A stretch of 64,000 nt of DNA from an uncultured Clostridia bacterium (GTDB lineage Bacteria > Bacillota > Clostridia > Christensenellales > CAG-917). This document shows positions 46,462 to 56,264 of the stretch, piece by piece. Within the stretch, counting starts at the first letter, position 1; each line of letters starts with the position of its first letter. Position numbers and translations under genes: made by a program. The DNA is taken from positions 981 to 64,980 of the forward strand of contig CAKQUX010000003.1 in the NCBI GenBank assembly GCA_934277645.1, in the 5' to 3' direction. The notes beneath the pieces are model-generated. The model was not told where the DNA came from, did no database searches, and was given only the letters and a program-made list of their open reading frames with translations.

Positions 46462-48147
46462 ATGAGCTATCTTGATTTTAAACCGGCAAGTTGTAAAAAC
46501 TGCTATAAATGTTTGCGTGAATGTCCCGTAAAGGCTATCAGAATCACCAATCATCAAGCGAAAATCATTGACGAAAGATGTATTCTTTGCGGAACGTGTA
46601 CGGGCGTATGTCCGCAAAACGCAAAAATAGTTCACAGCGAATCGGAAGTCGTTGAAAATCTTTTGAAAAGCGGAGACAAAATTGTGGCGTCGGTTGCGCC
46701 GTCATTTGTTTCGAGTTTCGGAGTAAACGACTTTTCGGTCATGCAAATCGCGCTCGGAAAACTCGGCTTTGCTTATTCCGAAGAGACGGCAGTCGGCGCG
46801 AATCTTGTTGTGGAAGAATATAAAAAGCTTCTTAAAGAGGGCAAGTATAAAAACTTTATAACTTCCGCATGTCCGTCTGTGAACAGACTGATTCAGGAAT
46901 ATTATCCAAACGCTTTGCCGTATCTTGCAAACGTGGATTCACCTATGCTTGCACACGCAAAATTGCTTAAAAAACAATTTCCGACGGCAAAAATAGTCTT
47001 TATAGGACCTTGTATCGCAAAGAAAAAGGAAGCGGCGGAATCGGGCATAATCGACGCCGTGTTGACGTATGAAGACCTTAAAGGCTTGTTTGAAAAGAAT
47101 AAAATAAATTTGACGCAGACTGCAAAACTGTCTGTTTCGAAACAGGGAGTCGGCGAAAACAAAGCAAAGTTTTTCCCGATAAGTCGCGGCATTATCAAAT
47201 CGTTTGACGAACTTCCGTTAGGGTATGAATACGTTGCAATCGACGGCGTACAAAAGTGTATGGACATTCTTGAAAGCGTCGATACGTTGAGCGGAATGTT
47301 TTTGGAACTTAACGCTTGCGAATATGCGTGCGTGAAAGGTCCTTGCAGTCTTACCAGCGCGGAAGGCGCGATTAAAGCCAACGCCGACATAAGAAAGTAC
47401 GCGACAAAGGGCGGTGACAAATGGCTTACGGTGGACGGAAAGGGAATAGACATAAGTCAATTCTATCCGAGAATCAAACCGCTCGGAAGCGCGTTTACCG
47501 AAAAGGATATAAAAGCGGTGCTGGCGCAAACAGGCAAATTTAAAAAGGAAGACGAACTTAACTGCGGCGCTTGCGGATATCGTACTTGCCGCGAAAAGGC
47601 GTGGGCGGTTTTAAACGGCTTTGCCGAGTCCGATATGTGCGTCCCTTATATGCGCGACCGTGCCGAAACAATGTCGTACGAAATCATTCAAAACAGTCCT
47701 AACGGCATTATCGTCGTTGACTTCGACCTTAAAATCATCGAAGTATCGAAAAAGGCGAGAGAGTTGTTCGGTATTTCGGGCGACGTAAAGGGAAGAGATT
47801 TGGTAGATTTTATAAATCCGACCGAATACTTGCTTGCGTCGACGGGCAAGAAGTTCTTTACGCACGAACGCTTGACAATAGGCGAAAAAATCGTAGAACT
47901 CAGCGTTATCGTTTTGTCGGAACAAAAAGTTATGTTCGGAATGTATACGGACATCACCGAACAAACTAATGCGGACAAAAAACTCGAAAAGATGCGTCTC
48001 GACACCATTGCAACGACCGACGAGGTTATTCAGAAACAAATGAGAGTAGCGCAAGAAATCGCTTCGCTTTTGGGCGAAACTACGGCGGAGTCGAAAGTGG
48101 CTTTGTTGAAGCTTAAAGCGGCTTTGCTCGAAACACACGAGGACTAA
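46462..48147 (+). CDS. Sensory [FeFe]-hydrogenase-like protein with a C-terminal PAS domain (HydS/HfsB-like)
   Basis: Two 4Fe-4S motifs. H-domain motifs are TSACPS (the proton-transfer Cys is replaced by Ala), GPCIAKKKE, and NACEYACVKGPC. An extra CGACGYRTC...C cluster is present. PAS-like NSPNGIIVVDFDLKIIEVSKKARELFG. Confidence 0.8.
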   Translation: MSYLDFKPASCKNCYKCLRECPVKAIRITNHQAKIIDERCILCGTCTGVCPQNAKIVHSESEVVENLLKSGDKIVASVAPSFVSSFGVNDFSVMQIALGKLGFAYSEETAVGANLVVEEYKKLLKEGKYKNFITSACPSVNRLIQEYYPNALPYLANVDSPMLAHAKLLKKQFPTAKIVFIGPCIAKKKEAAESGIIDAVLTYEDLKGLFEKNKINLTQTAKLSVSKQGVGENKAKFFPISRGIIKSFDELPLGYEYVAIDGVQKCMDILESVDTLSGMFLELNACEYACVKGPCSLTSAEGAIKANADIRKYATKGGDKWLTVDGKGIDISQFYPRIKPLGSAFTEKDIKAVLAQTGKFKKEDELNCGACGYRTCREKAWAVLNGFAESDMCVPYMRDRAETMSYEIIQNSPNGIIVVDFDLKIIEVSKKARELFGISGDVKGRDLVDFINPTEYLLASTGKKFFTHERLTIGEKIVELSVIVLSEQKVMFGMYTDITEQTNADKKLEKMRLDTIATTDEVIQKQMRVAQEIASLLGETTAESKVALLKLKAALLETHED

Positions 48148-49308
48148 ATGGGACTTATCATTGAAAGCGGTTATACGTCGATAAACAAAGCGGGCGAAGA
48201 GCTTTGCGGCGACAACGTTGCCATAACCAAAAACGGCAAATATACAACGCTTGTTTTGGCGGACGGTTTAGGCAGCGGCGTTAAGGCAAACATTTTGTCC
48301 ATTTTGACGTCGAAAATTCTTTGCACGATGATGGCGAACGAAATTTCGATGGAAGACTGTATCGAAACGATAATCAGCACTCTTCCCGTTTGTAAGGTAA
48401 GAGGCGTTGCTTATTCGACGTTCAGCGCAATCCATATCGACGACGACGGCAAAGGATATATGTTTGAATTTGACAATCCCGAAGCGATTTATTATCACGA
48501 CGGAAAGTGCCAAAGTTTTGACAGACAAATGCTCGAAATTTGCGGCAAGAAAGTTTACAAGACAGAGCTTAATCTTGTCGACGGCGATTACATAATCACT
48601 ATGAGCGACGGCGTACCTCATTCGGGCGTCGGAATGCTTTTGAATTTCGGCTGGCAAAGAAAAGAGATTATGGACTATCTCGACAGAGAGATAAAACCTA
48701 ATATGTCGGCTAAATGTGTTGCATGTATGCTTACGTCTGCCTGTAATGACTTGTATCTTGCAAAACCGGGAGACGACACTACGGTTGCTGCAATTAAATT
48801 CCGTGACGAAGTTATCGTCGATATGATGGTAGGACCGCCTGTAGATAAGTCGAGCGACGATTTTTATCTTCAAAGGTTTATGGCGGGTGACGGAAAGAAA
48901 GTCGTTTGCGGAGGCACAAGTTCGCAAATCGTGGCGAGATATTTGCACGAAGATATCCAAACGACGCTTGATTTCCCTGACCCCGAAGTTCCGCCTATCG
49001 CATATATAAAGGGCATCGACGTTACGACGGAAGGCGTACTTACGATAAGAAAACTTCTTAAATTGTCGGAAGACTATATGTCAAGCAGCAATCTTAATCC
49101 TAAGCATTATGAGGCAAAGGACGGCGCTTCGCTTCTTGCCGATATGCTTTTTGTAAAGGCAACGCACGTCAATTTTTACGTCGGACAAAGCGTAAACGTC
49201 GCTCATCAAGGATTGCCTATCGACACTACGATGAAGCTCAAATTGATTGAGAAACTCGCAAAAAATCTTCAAACGATGGGAAAGACCGTCGAACTGAATT
49301 ATGACTGA
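48148..49308 (+). CDS. PP2C/SpoIIE-family serine phosphatase (HfsC-like)
   Basis: 386 aa. CGDNVA...LADGLGSGVKANILS...MSDGVPHSG. The start abuts the upstream stop. Confidence 0.7.
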   Translation: MGLIIESGYTSINKAGEELCGDNVAITKNGKYTTLVLADGLGSGVKANILSILTSKILCTMMANEISMEDCIETIISTLPVCKVRGVAYSTFSAIHIDDDGKGYMFEFDNPEAIYYHDGKCQSFDRQMLEICGKKVYKTELNLVDGDYIITMSDGVPHSGVGMLLNFGWQRKEIMDYLDREIKPNMSAKCVACMLTSACNDLYLAKPGDDTTVAAIKFRDEVIVDMMVGPPVDKSSDDFYLQRFMAGDGKKVVCGGTSSQIVARYLHEDIQTTLDFPDPEVPPIAYIKGIDVTTEGVLTIRKLLKLSEDYMSSSNLNPKHYEAKDGASLLADMLFVKATHVNFYVGQSVNVAHQGLPIDTTMKLKLIEKLAKNLQTMGKTVELNYD

Positions 49309-49315
49309 GGTTGGT

Positions 49316-50758
49316 ATGAGAATATTTGACACAAACGTTCAATTACTTAAATACAAGACTTTAAAAGCCGTCATCAAACATATATACGACGGCGATTTGG
49401 AAAGCGTTTATCTTGACGTTCCGAAAGAGATTATCCCGGGACCTAATGCGACTATGCGTTGTTGTATCTATAAGGAAAGGGCGATAGTCGGCGAAAGAGT
49501 AAAACTTGCGCTCGGCGGCGACAAAGACAATCCGAATATCGTTGAAGTTATAGATATAGCTTGTGACGAATGTCCCGTTGACGGAATTATGGTTACGCCT
49601 GCGTGCAGGGGTTGCTTAACTCACCAGTGTAAAGAGAATTGCCCTAAAGACGCTATAACGATTGTTGACAAGCACGCCGTCATAGACCAAAGCAAATGTA
49701 TAGAGTGTGGCAAGTGCGTGAAGTCTTGTCCGTACGGCGCAATAATAGCGCAACATCGTCCGTGCGTCGTAAGCTGCAAGGCGAAGGCTTTGAAAGTTAA
49801 TGCCGACACCAAAAAGGCGGAAATAAGCAGTGAAAAGTGCATAGGTTGCGGCGCGTGCGTTTATGCGTGTCCGTTCGGCGCAATAGTCGACAAATCGCTC
49901 ATCGTCGATTGTATAAAGATTTTACGCGGCTCAGACGATAATCAAAAATATAAGGTGTATGCCGTTATAGCTCCGAGTATCGTCAGTCAGTTTAAATACG
50001 CAAAAGTCGAACAAGTCATTACCGGCATAAAGAAACTCGGTTTCCATCAAGTTGTCGAGGCGGCTTTGGGAGCTGACGTTGATTTGGATCTCGAAGCTGA
50101 CGAATGTATCAAAAAGGGAATTTTATTGAGCTCGTGCTGTCCTGCTTTTGTAATGTACGTTGAAAAGAATTTCCCTGAACTCAAAGAATATATTTCCGAA
50201 AACGTTTCGCCGATGGTTGTCACCGCAAAAATGATAAAGGCAAGCGACCCTACGGCAAAGGTCATATTTATCGGTCCGTGTTCGGCAAAGAAGCTCGAAT
50301 ATAAACTGCCTAAAACGGGCGGCGCGATAGATTGCGTTATGTCATTTGAAGAATTACAGGCATTTTTGGACGCAAGAGATATTGACGTTTCCGGTCTCGA
50401 AAGTTCTCCGCTTGACAATGCGTCGTATTTCGGAAGAATATTTGCAAAGAGCGGCGGCGTTACGCAAGGTATCAAAAACGAAGCCGCAAAAAAAGGTAAG
50501 GAAATTACCGCTTGCACAATGAACGGCATTGACGAGTGCAGAATAGGGCTTACAAGGCTAAAATTCAAAAGAGCGACCGAAAACTTTTTTGAGGGCATGG
50601 CGTGTGACGGCGGCTGTATAAACGGCGCATTGTGCCTGACGCACGGCTCGAAAAATGTAGAGGACGTAGACCGCTACGGAAACGAAGCGAAAGAAAAGAC
50701 TGTCGACAACTCCGTCAACCTTTATAAAATGGCTTTCAATAAGGAAGATAAAGAGTAA
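49316..50758 (+). CDS. [FeFe] hydrogenase, catalytic type (HfsD-like)
   Basis: Several 4Fe-4S ferredoxin motifs. H-cluster motifs SSCCPAFV, GPCSAKKLE, EGMACDGGCINGA. Start at 49316 (GAGG SD), or at 49301 overlapping the upstream stop. Confidence 0.85.
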   Translation: MRIFDTNVQLLKYKTLKAVIKHIYDGDLESVYLDVPKEIIPGPNATMRCCIYKERAIVGERVKLALGGDKDNPNIVEVIDIACDECPVDGIMVTPACRGCLTHQCKENCPKDAITIVDKHAVIDQSKCIECGKCVKSCPYGAIIAQHRPCVVSCKAKALKVNADTKKAEISSEKCIGCGACVYACPFGAIVDKSLIVDCIKILRGSDDNQKYKVYAVIAPSIVSQFKYAKVEQVITGIKKLGFHQVVEAALGADVDLDLEADECIKKGILLSSCCPAFVMYVEKNFPELKEYISENVSPMVVTAKMIKASDPTAKVIFIGPCSAKKLEYKLPKTGGAIDCVMSFEELQAFLDARDIDVSGLESSPLDNASYFGRIFAKSGGVTQGIKNEAAKKGKEITACTMNGIDECRIGLTRLKFKRATENFFEGMACDGGCINGALCLTHGSKNVEDVDRYGNEAKEKTVDNSVNLYKMAFNKEDKE

Positions 50759-50863
50759 ACGAAAATCTGACGCCCTTAAACAAGCGGCATTGACGATTGG
50801 TTATAATGGAAACGTCAGAAAGAATAAAAAATAGCTTTAAATGCCAATAAAACGATAAAGCAT

Positions 50864-50894
50864 AAAAAAACACGGCTTATAAGCCGTGTTTTTG
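50864..50894 (+). terminator. Rho-independent terminator
   Basis: AAAAAAACACGGCTTATAAGCCGTGTTTTTG. Confidence 0.8.
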
Positions 50895-51135
50895 TTTTTA
50901 ATAATATTAAAATTAGTGTTTTTAATACTAAAAAATACTGTAAATAATATTGCGAATTAAATAATCGGATACTATAATCAGAAACTATTGATTAAATATA
51001 AGTATTTTATAAACAGTTTAATTATAGTTTCGATTATTTATCGGCGTTGATTATTTATCTGTATCGATTATTCGATTGCTTGCCGATTTAAATTTAAAAT
51101 CGGTTTTCATTGCCTGCAAAATTTAACAAGAAATT

Positions 51136-52518
51136 TTAATATTCAAATTCCTTTTCAAAATAGGCTTTAAGGTCGTCGATTTTGATTCTGACTTGCGCCA
51201 TAGTGTCGCGTTCGCGAACGGTGACGGTGTCGTCCTCTAAGGTATCGAAGTCAACGGTTACGCAGAACGGCGTGCCGATTTCGTCTTGGCGACGATAACG
51301 CTTTCCGATTGAGCCTGTTGTGTCGAAGTCAACCGAGTAGTGCTTAGAAAGCATTTTGAACAACTCTTCCGCCTTTTCGTTAAGTTGTTTTTGAAGCGGA
51401 AGAACGGCGATTTTGATAGGAGCAAGAGCAGGGTGGAAATGAAGCACGACTCTGGTGTCGCCGTCGATTTCTTCTTCCTCGTATGCGTTGCACATAAAGG
51501 CAAGGAAAGCTCTGTCTGCGCCGAGCGAAGGCTCGATGACGTACGGAACGTATTTTTCATTCGTCACAGGGTCTATATAGCTAAGGTCTTTGCCCGATTC
51601 CTTGATATGTTGATTAAGGTCGTAGTCTGTTCTGTCCGCAACGCCCCAAAGTTCGCCCCAACCGAACGGGAACAAAAACTCAAAGTCGGTCGTCGCTTTG
51701 CTGTAAAAGCAAAGTTCTTCTTTGTCGTGGTCACGAAGTTTAAGGTTCTCGTCTTTCATTCCGAGTTCCAAAAGCCAGTTATGGCAGAAATTCTTCCAAT
51801 AGTTAAACCATTCGAGGTCGGTGCCGGGTTTGCAGAAGAATTCGAGTTCCATTTGTTCAAATTCGCGAATTCTGAAAATAAAGTTGCCCGGGGTAATTTC
51901 GTTTCTGAAAGATTTACCGATTTGTCCTATGCCGAACGGAACTTTTTTTCTCGTCGTGCGTTGAACGTTTTTGAAGTTCACAAAAATGCCCTGCGCAGTT
52001 TCAGGACGAAGATATACGGTCGACGTGCTGTCTTCGGTTACGCCGATAAAGGTTTTAAACATAAGGTTGAATTTTCTTATCGGAGTAAATTCGCTTTTGC
52101 CGCAAATAGGACAAGCGATTTTGTTGTCGGCAATGTATTTTTCCATTTGTTCGTTCGTCCACGAAGCAATGTTTTCTTCAATGCCTTTCTTTTTCATATA
52201 TTCTTCGATCAAAGTATCGGCTCTGTGACGGGCTTTGCAACCTTTGCAGTCCAAAAGCGGGTCGCTGAAACCGCCGATGTGACCCGAAGCTCTCCAAGTG
52301 CTCGGATTCATCAAAATTGCGCTGTCGAGTCCGACGTTATATTCCGATTCGGTGATGAATTTTTTGAACCATGCTTGCTTGATATTGTTTTTAAGCAAGA
52401 CGCCAAGAGGACCGTAGTCCCAAGAATTTGACAAACCGCCGTAGATTTCGCTGCCCGGATAAATGAAGCCGCGGTTTTTAGCCAAAGCGACAAGTTTGTC
52501 CATTGTAAGTTTTGCCAT
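51136..52518 (-). CDS. glyQS: Glycine--tRNA ligase (homodimeric class II type)
   Basis: 460 aa. [49 protein letters not shown]. Confidence 0.95.
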   Translation of the reverse strand: MAKLTMDKLVALAKNRGFIYPGSEIYGGLSNSWDYGPLGVLLKNNIKQAWFKKFITESEYNVGLDSAILMNPSTWRASGHIGGFSDPLLDCKGCKARHRADTLIEEYMKKKGIEENIASWTNEQMEKYIADNKIACPICGKSEFTPIRKFNLMFKTFIGVTEDSTSTVYLRPETAQGIFVNFKNVQRTTRKKVPFGIGQIGKSFRNEITPGNFIFRIREFEQMELEFFCKPGTDLEWFNYWKNFCHNWLLELGMKDENLKLRDHDKEELCFYSKATTDFEFLFPFGWGELWGVADRTDYDLNQHIKESGKDLSYIDPVTNEKYVPYVIEPSLGADRAFLAFMCNAYEEEEIDGDTRVVLHFHPALAPIKIAVLPLQKQLNEKAEELFKMLSKHYSVDFDTTGSIGKRYRRQDEIGTPFCVTVDFDTLEDDTVTVRERDTMAQVRIKIDDLKAYFEKEFEY

Positions 52519-52713
52519 ATCGCATACTCCTGAAATTTAAATATCAATAACTGACTATATAATAAATATATAAATTGTCGTTCGTCAAAATAATATTATA
52601 TACTTTTGCCTATGTCAAGTATTCCGACATTTTTAAAAAATTATCACACAATTTTTGCCCCTTGCGTAAATTGAAGTATGGGGATACCCAATTAAGAAAA
52701 GGAGGTGCAAAAA

Positions 52714-52902
52714 ATGAACGGATGCTTTGGTCAAAACGGTTGCGGTTGTAGTTGCTGTGACCTTATTTTGTTGCTCTTACTCTTATCGTGTTGCGGATGC
52801 GGCTGTGGCTGCGGTTGCAACGGGGGCGGTGGCTGCGATATTTGCAGTTGTTTGCCATTACTTATCATCTTATGCTGCTGCGGCGGATGCGGATGTAAGT
52901 AA
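52714..52902 (+). CDS. 62-aa Cys/Gly-rich peptide with two Leu/Ile stretches (YjcZ-like tiny sporulation protein?)
   Basis: GGAGG lies 8 nt upstream of the ATG. MNGCFGQNGCGCSCCDLILLLLLLSCCGCGCGCGCNGGGGCDICSCLPLLIILCCCGGCGCK has 19 Cys and 15 Gly by my count. It is followed by two hairpins. Confidence 0.55.
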   Translation: MNGCFGQNGCGCSCCDLILLLLLLSCCGCGCGCGCNGGGGCDICSCLPLLIILCCCGGCGCK

Positions 52903-52915
52903 CACTCTTTTCAAC

Positions 52916-52959
52916 GGGAGAGTTTCTCTCCCTGAGCGGGCGGTGGCTTTGCCACCGCC
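52916..52959 (+). terminator. Two consecutive hairpins after the Cys-rich ORF
   Basis: GGGAGAG-TTT-CTCTCCC (52916-52932) and GGCGGTGGC-TTT-GCCACCGCC (52939-52959), followed by TTATTCTTT. Confidence 0.55.
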
Positions 52960-53307
52960 TTATTCTTTCGGAAAACAAGTCGAAATCGGAACGAAAGTCG
53001 GAGATAAAAATAGATTGTTTAAAAACAGCCGAATTAAAAAAGGTTTAATTAAAACGCCTTGATTTAAAAAACGATTTTAAAAAAAATTGATGTGAAATTT
53101 TTAATTTTTAGAAGATTGTTTAAAGCGGTTGATTTCAAAAAATTTTGATTTAATAATTTGCTTTAAAAACTTCCGAGTTAAAGATGCTTTGATATAAACT
53201 CTTTAATGATAGGTTCCTTATTTAAATTTCCTTTTTTAAAACTCGTTGTTGCCTTAAAGCATAGGTCAATTTTTACAAACATAGCATATAAAGTGAAAAC
53301 TTTTAAA

Positions 53308-53754
53308 ATGCTCAGTGCGGCAACGGCGTCGCTGTTTTTAATGCTATTGTTTGCTTATGCTAATGCAATGGTGATAAGTCTTGACGGCGGATTTTATTGC
53401 GGACTAAATTTGCCTGCGTTTAAGCCGACTAATTTGCTTATGGAAATTTTAGAGCCGATAAATTACGGCGTGCAAATATGGGTGGTGGCAACGCTCGTTT
53501 CCAAACGCAATTTCAAAGCGGAATTTTGGTTTCTCGTGCTTACAAACGTTTTAAGTTTGTTTGTACTTGTATTTATGTTTGCCTTAAAGAAGATATTTGC
53601 GGCGACTATACTTTTGGGTGTTACGCTTACACTTGAAATAATAACGCTAATAAAACTTGCCGTACACAAAAACGCTTGGATTCCGTATTTATTTACGGTT
53701 GCGCTTAACAGTTATCTTTTTATCGTTATGATATGGATTGCGATGAACAACTGA
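53308..53754 (+). CDS. Polytopic membrane protein (weak TspO/MBR-like resemblance)
   Basis: About 5 hydrophobic segments. YCGLNLPAFKPTN...LEPINYG vaguely resembles the TspO pattern. The start is uncertain; the track ORF begins at 53206. Confidence 0.35.
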   Translation: MLSAATASLFLMLLFAYANAMVISLDGGFYCGLNLPAFKPTNLLMEILEPINYGVQIWVVATLVSKRNFKAEFWFLVLTNVLSLFVLVFMFALKKIFAATILLGVTLTLEIITLIKLAVHKNAWIPYLFTVALNSYLFIVMIWIAMNN

Positions 53755-54022
53755 TTTGAGTTGACAAAAAGTATCGATATACGAATACGGCTACAATAAA
53801 GGTAGATAATAACTATAATTGTAAAACTATGTTCAAAACAATGAAAACAAAAAAGCGATACGCAAAATAGCTAAAACTAAAAAGTAAAATGCTTAAAATT
53901 ATGTAAATTTAAAAATAATAAACTTAAAAATTATGCAAAATGCAAAAAACAATCTTTTACACTCAATAACTTGTAATATTTTCCTTATTTTGTTATAATT
54001 AAAAAAAATAATAGAGGGTACT

Positions 54023-54796
54023 ATGCTTCTTGTTATGGACATAGGCAACACCAATCTCAAAATCGGCGTTTACGACGGCGACGAGTTGCTTGCCACTTGG
54101 AGAATCTCAACCGAATATACGCGTACCGCCGATGAATACGGAATGGTGCTTTACGACCTTTTGGCGACCAAAAACGTAAGTTTTAAGGACGTGAGCGGAA
54201 TTATCATTTCGTCCGTTGCGCCGAGCCTTAACTATACGATAGAGCATATGTGTTTCTATTACACGGGTATAAAACCTATCGTCGTTGACAGTGAAACGGC
54301 AACGGGGCTTAAACTCGGCTACGACAATCCGTCCGAACTCGGCTCCGACCGCATTGTAGACGCCACGGCAGGCTATCATCTTTACGGCGGACCTGTTATT
54401 GTTATCGATTTCGGAAGCGCAACGACGTTTAACGCCGTTACTGCGGACGGCGAATATTTGGGCGGCGCGATTGCTCCGGGAATTAAAACCGCAACCGAAT
54501 CACTCGTTATGACGGCGGCAAAACTCCCGAGAATCGAACTCACCAAACCCGAAAGCGTCATAGGCGCAAATACAAAAAGCTGTATGCAGTCGGGTATTGT
54601 TTACGGCTATACGGGACTTGTCGATTATATCGTAAAAAAGATGAAAGAAGACAGTCGTTTAAGCTCTGCAAAAGTAATAGCCACGGGCGGTTTATCCGAA
54701 CTTATCGATAACAGCGAAATGATTATCAACAAAATCGACAGAGCCTTGGCAATCAAAGGACTTAAAATCATTTACGATTTGAACAAAATCAACTAA
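54023..54796 (+). CDS. coaX: Type III pantothenate kinase
   Basis: 257 aa. MLLVMDIGNTNLKIGVY, GSDRIVDA, VIDFGSATTF, ATGGL. Confidence 0.92.
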   Translation: MLLVMDIGNTNLKIGVYDGDELLATWRISTEYTRTADEYGMVLYDLLATKNVSFKDVSGIIISSVAPSLNYTIEHMCFYYTGIKPIVVDSETATGLKLGYDNPSELGSDRIVDATAGYHLYGGPVIVIDFGSATTFNAVTADGEYLGGAIAPGIKTATESLVMTAAKLPRIELTKPESVIGANTKSCMQSGIVYGYTGLVDYIVKKMKEDSRLSSAKVIATGGLSELIDNSEMIINKIDRALAIKGLKIIYDLNKIN

Positions 54797-54981
54797 ATAC
54801 GAAATAAGCTAAATAACAGAACAAGCTAACGAAAAACAAAACAACAAAATAAACTAAAAAAGTTAAATATTAGTAAGAAAAAAATTGTTTTGCAGGCAAT
54901 CGTTGAAAATCACAGGAAGCGAAAAAGAATAACGCAAATTAAAGTTTAAAACGCCGTTGCGTTTTAAAATTAGGAGTATAT

Positions 54982-56262
54982 ATGAAAAAAGTTGGCGTAG
55001 CATTACTTGGACTCGGAACCGTCGGCGGCGGAACGTATGAGATTTTGACAAAAAACCGCGAATACTTCCGTGAAACGTTGGGACTTGACGTAGAAGTCAA
55101 AGCCGTTTTGGAAAAGAACGTCGAAAGAGCTAAATCGCTCGGCGTAGACGAAAAAATCGTGTCTTGCGACATTAAGAGCGTTACGGAAAATCCCGAAATC
55201 GATATAGTGGCGGAATTTTTCGGTGGAATAGAACCTGCAAGAACGTTCCTTCTCGCTTCGTTAAAAGCAGGCAAGAGCATAGTCACGGCAAACAAAGAGC
55301 TTTTCTCAAAACATTGGTTCGAGCTTGAAGCCGCCGCAAAAGAAACGGGCGCAGGACTTTATTTCGAAGCAAGCTGCGTCGGCGGCGTACCTATCATCAG
55401 AACTATAGAAGAAGGTATGCAAGCAAATCGCATCGAAGAAATTAAAGGCATAATCAACGGCACGACAAACTACATTTTGACCGCTATGAGCGATGAAGGC
55501 AGCGAGTACGACGTTGCGCTTAAAAGAGCGCAAGAACTCGGTTACGCCGAATTTGACCCGACTGCGGACGTTGAAGGCTTTGACGCCACCTACAAAATTT
55601 CGATTTTGTCGACGCTTGCCTATCATAAACGCGTACCTATCGAAAAAGTTTCGAGAGAGGGTATTTCAAAGGTCGATGCCGCCGACATTAAAATCGGCAA
55701 GGAACTCGGATATACGATGAAGCTTCTTGCTTTGTCTAAGAATAAAAACGGAAAAATCGAAGCGAGAGTAGCTCCCGTTTTCGTTCCGACAACGCATCCG
55801 CTTGCGTCGGTCAAGGGTTCGTTTAACGCCGTTTATTTGCACGGCGACTCGGTAGACGATATTATGCTTTACGGACGCGGCGCAGGAGCTTTGCCTACGG
55901 GAAGCGCAATCGTAAGCGACATTCTTTATTGCGCAAAGCAAACCGAGCATAAGCGTTATCCGTTTGCGGAAAACGTTGCGTCTAATGACAGTGATTTCAC
56001 AAGCGATTACGTCGCTAAGTTCTATATCCGTTTATCGGCTGAGGACGTTGAGGGCGTACTTGCAAAAATCACGAGCGTTCTTAAAAACAAAAACATCAAT
56101 ATCGAAGCCGTTCTTCAAAAGAAACCTGTTTCTAAGGACAATGCGCAAATCGTTTTTGTCACCGACAACGTAAAAGAAAGCAGCATCAAAAAAGCCATTG
56201 AAGAAATCAAAAATCTCGGAGCGGTCAAGCAAGTCGAATCGCTTTATCGAGTAGAGGAGTAA
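54982..56262 (+). CDS. hom: Homoserine dehydrogenase with a C-terminal ACT domain
   Basis: 426 aa. VALLGLGTVGGG, TANKEL, GIINGTTNYIL. AGGAG SD. Confidence 0.92.
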   Translation: MKKVGVALLGLGTVGGGTYEILTKNREYFRETLGLDVEVKAVLEKNVERAKSLGVDEKIVSCDIKSVTENPEIDIVAEFFGGIEPARTFLLASLKAGKSIVTANKELFSKHWFELEAAAKETGAGLYFEASCVGGVPIIRTIEEGMQANRIEEIKGIINGTTNYILTAMSDEGSEYDVALKRAQELGYAEFDPTADVEGFDATYKISILSTLAYHKRVPIEKVSREGISKVDAADIKIGKELGYTMKLLALSKNKNGKIEARVAPVFVPTTHPLASVKGSFNAVYLHGDSVDDIMLYGRGAGALPTGSAIVSDILYCAKQTEHKRYPFAENVASNDSDFTSDYVAKFYIRLSAEDVEGVLAKITSVLKNKNINIEAVLQKKPVSKDNAQIVFVTDNVKESSIKKAIEEIKNLGAVKQVESLYRVEE

Positions 56263-56264
56263 TT

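Noticed and set aside
51340-52431. 363-aa plus-strand ORF within glyQS
   Set aside because: This is an antisense shadow ORF of glyQS.
52519-52700. T-box leader upstream of glyQS. I also looked for an L-box upstream of asd (30462-30703) and a purine riboswitch upstream of guaB (37529-37876).
   Set aside because: I could not find the conserved T-box sequence (AATTAGGGTGGTACCGCG-like), the lysine-riboswitch core or the purine-riboswitch core on the relevant strands. The glyQS spacer is also too short. An Rfam scan would be the definitive check.
52727-53062. 111-aa ORF overlapping the Cys-rich peptide gene
   Set aside because: This is an alternate frame of the TGC/GGC repeat with no SD. The Cys-rich frame has the strong SD.
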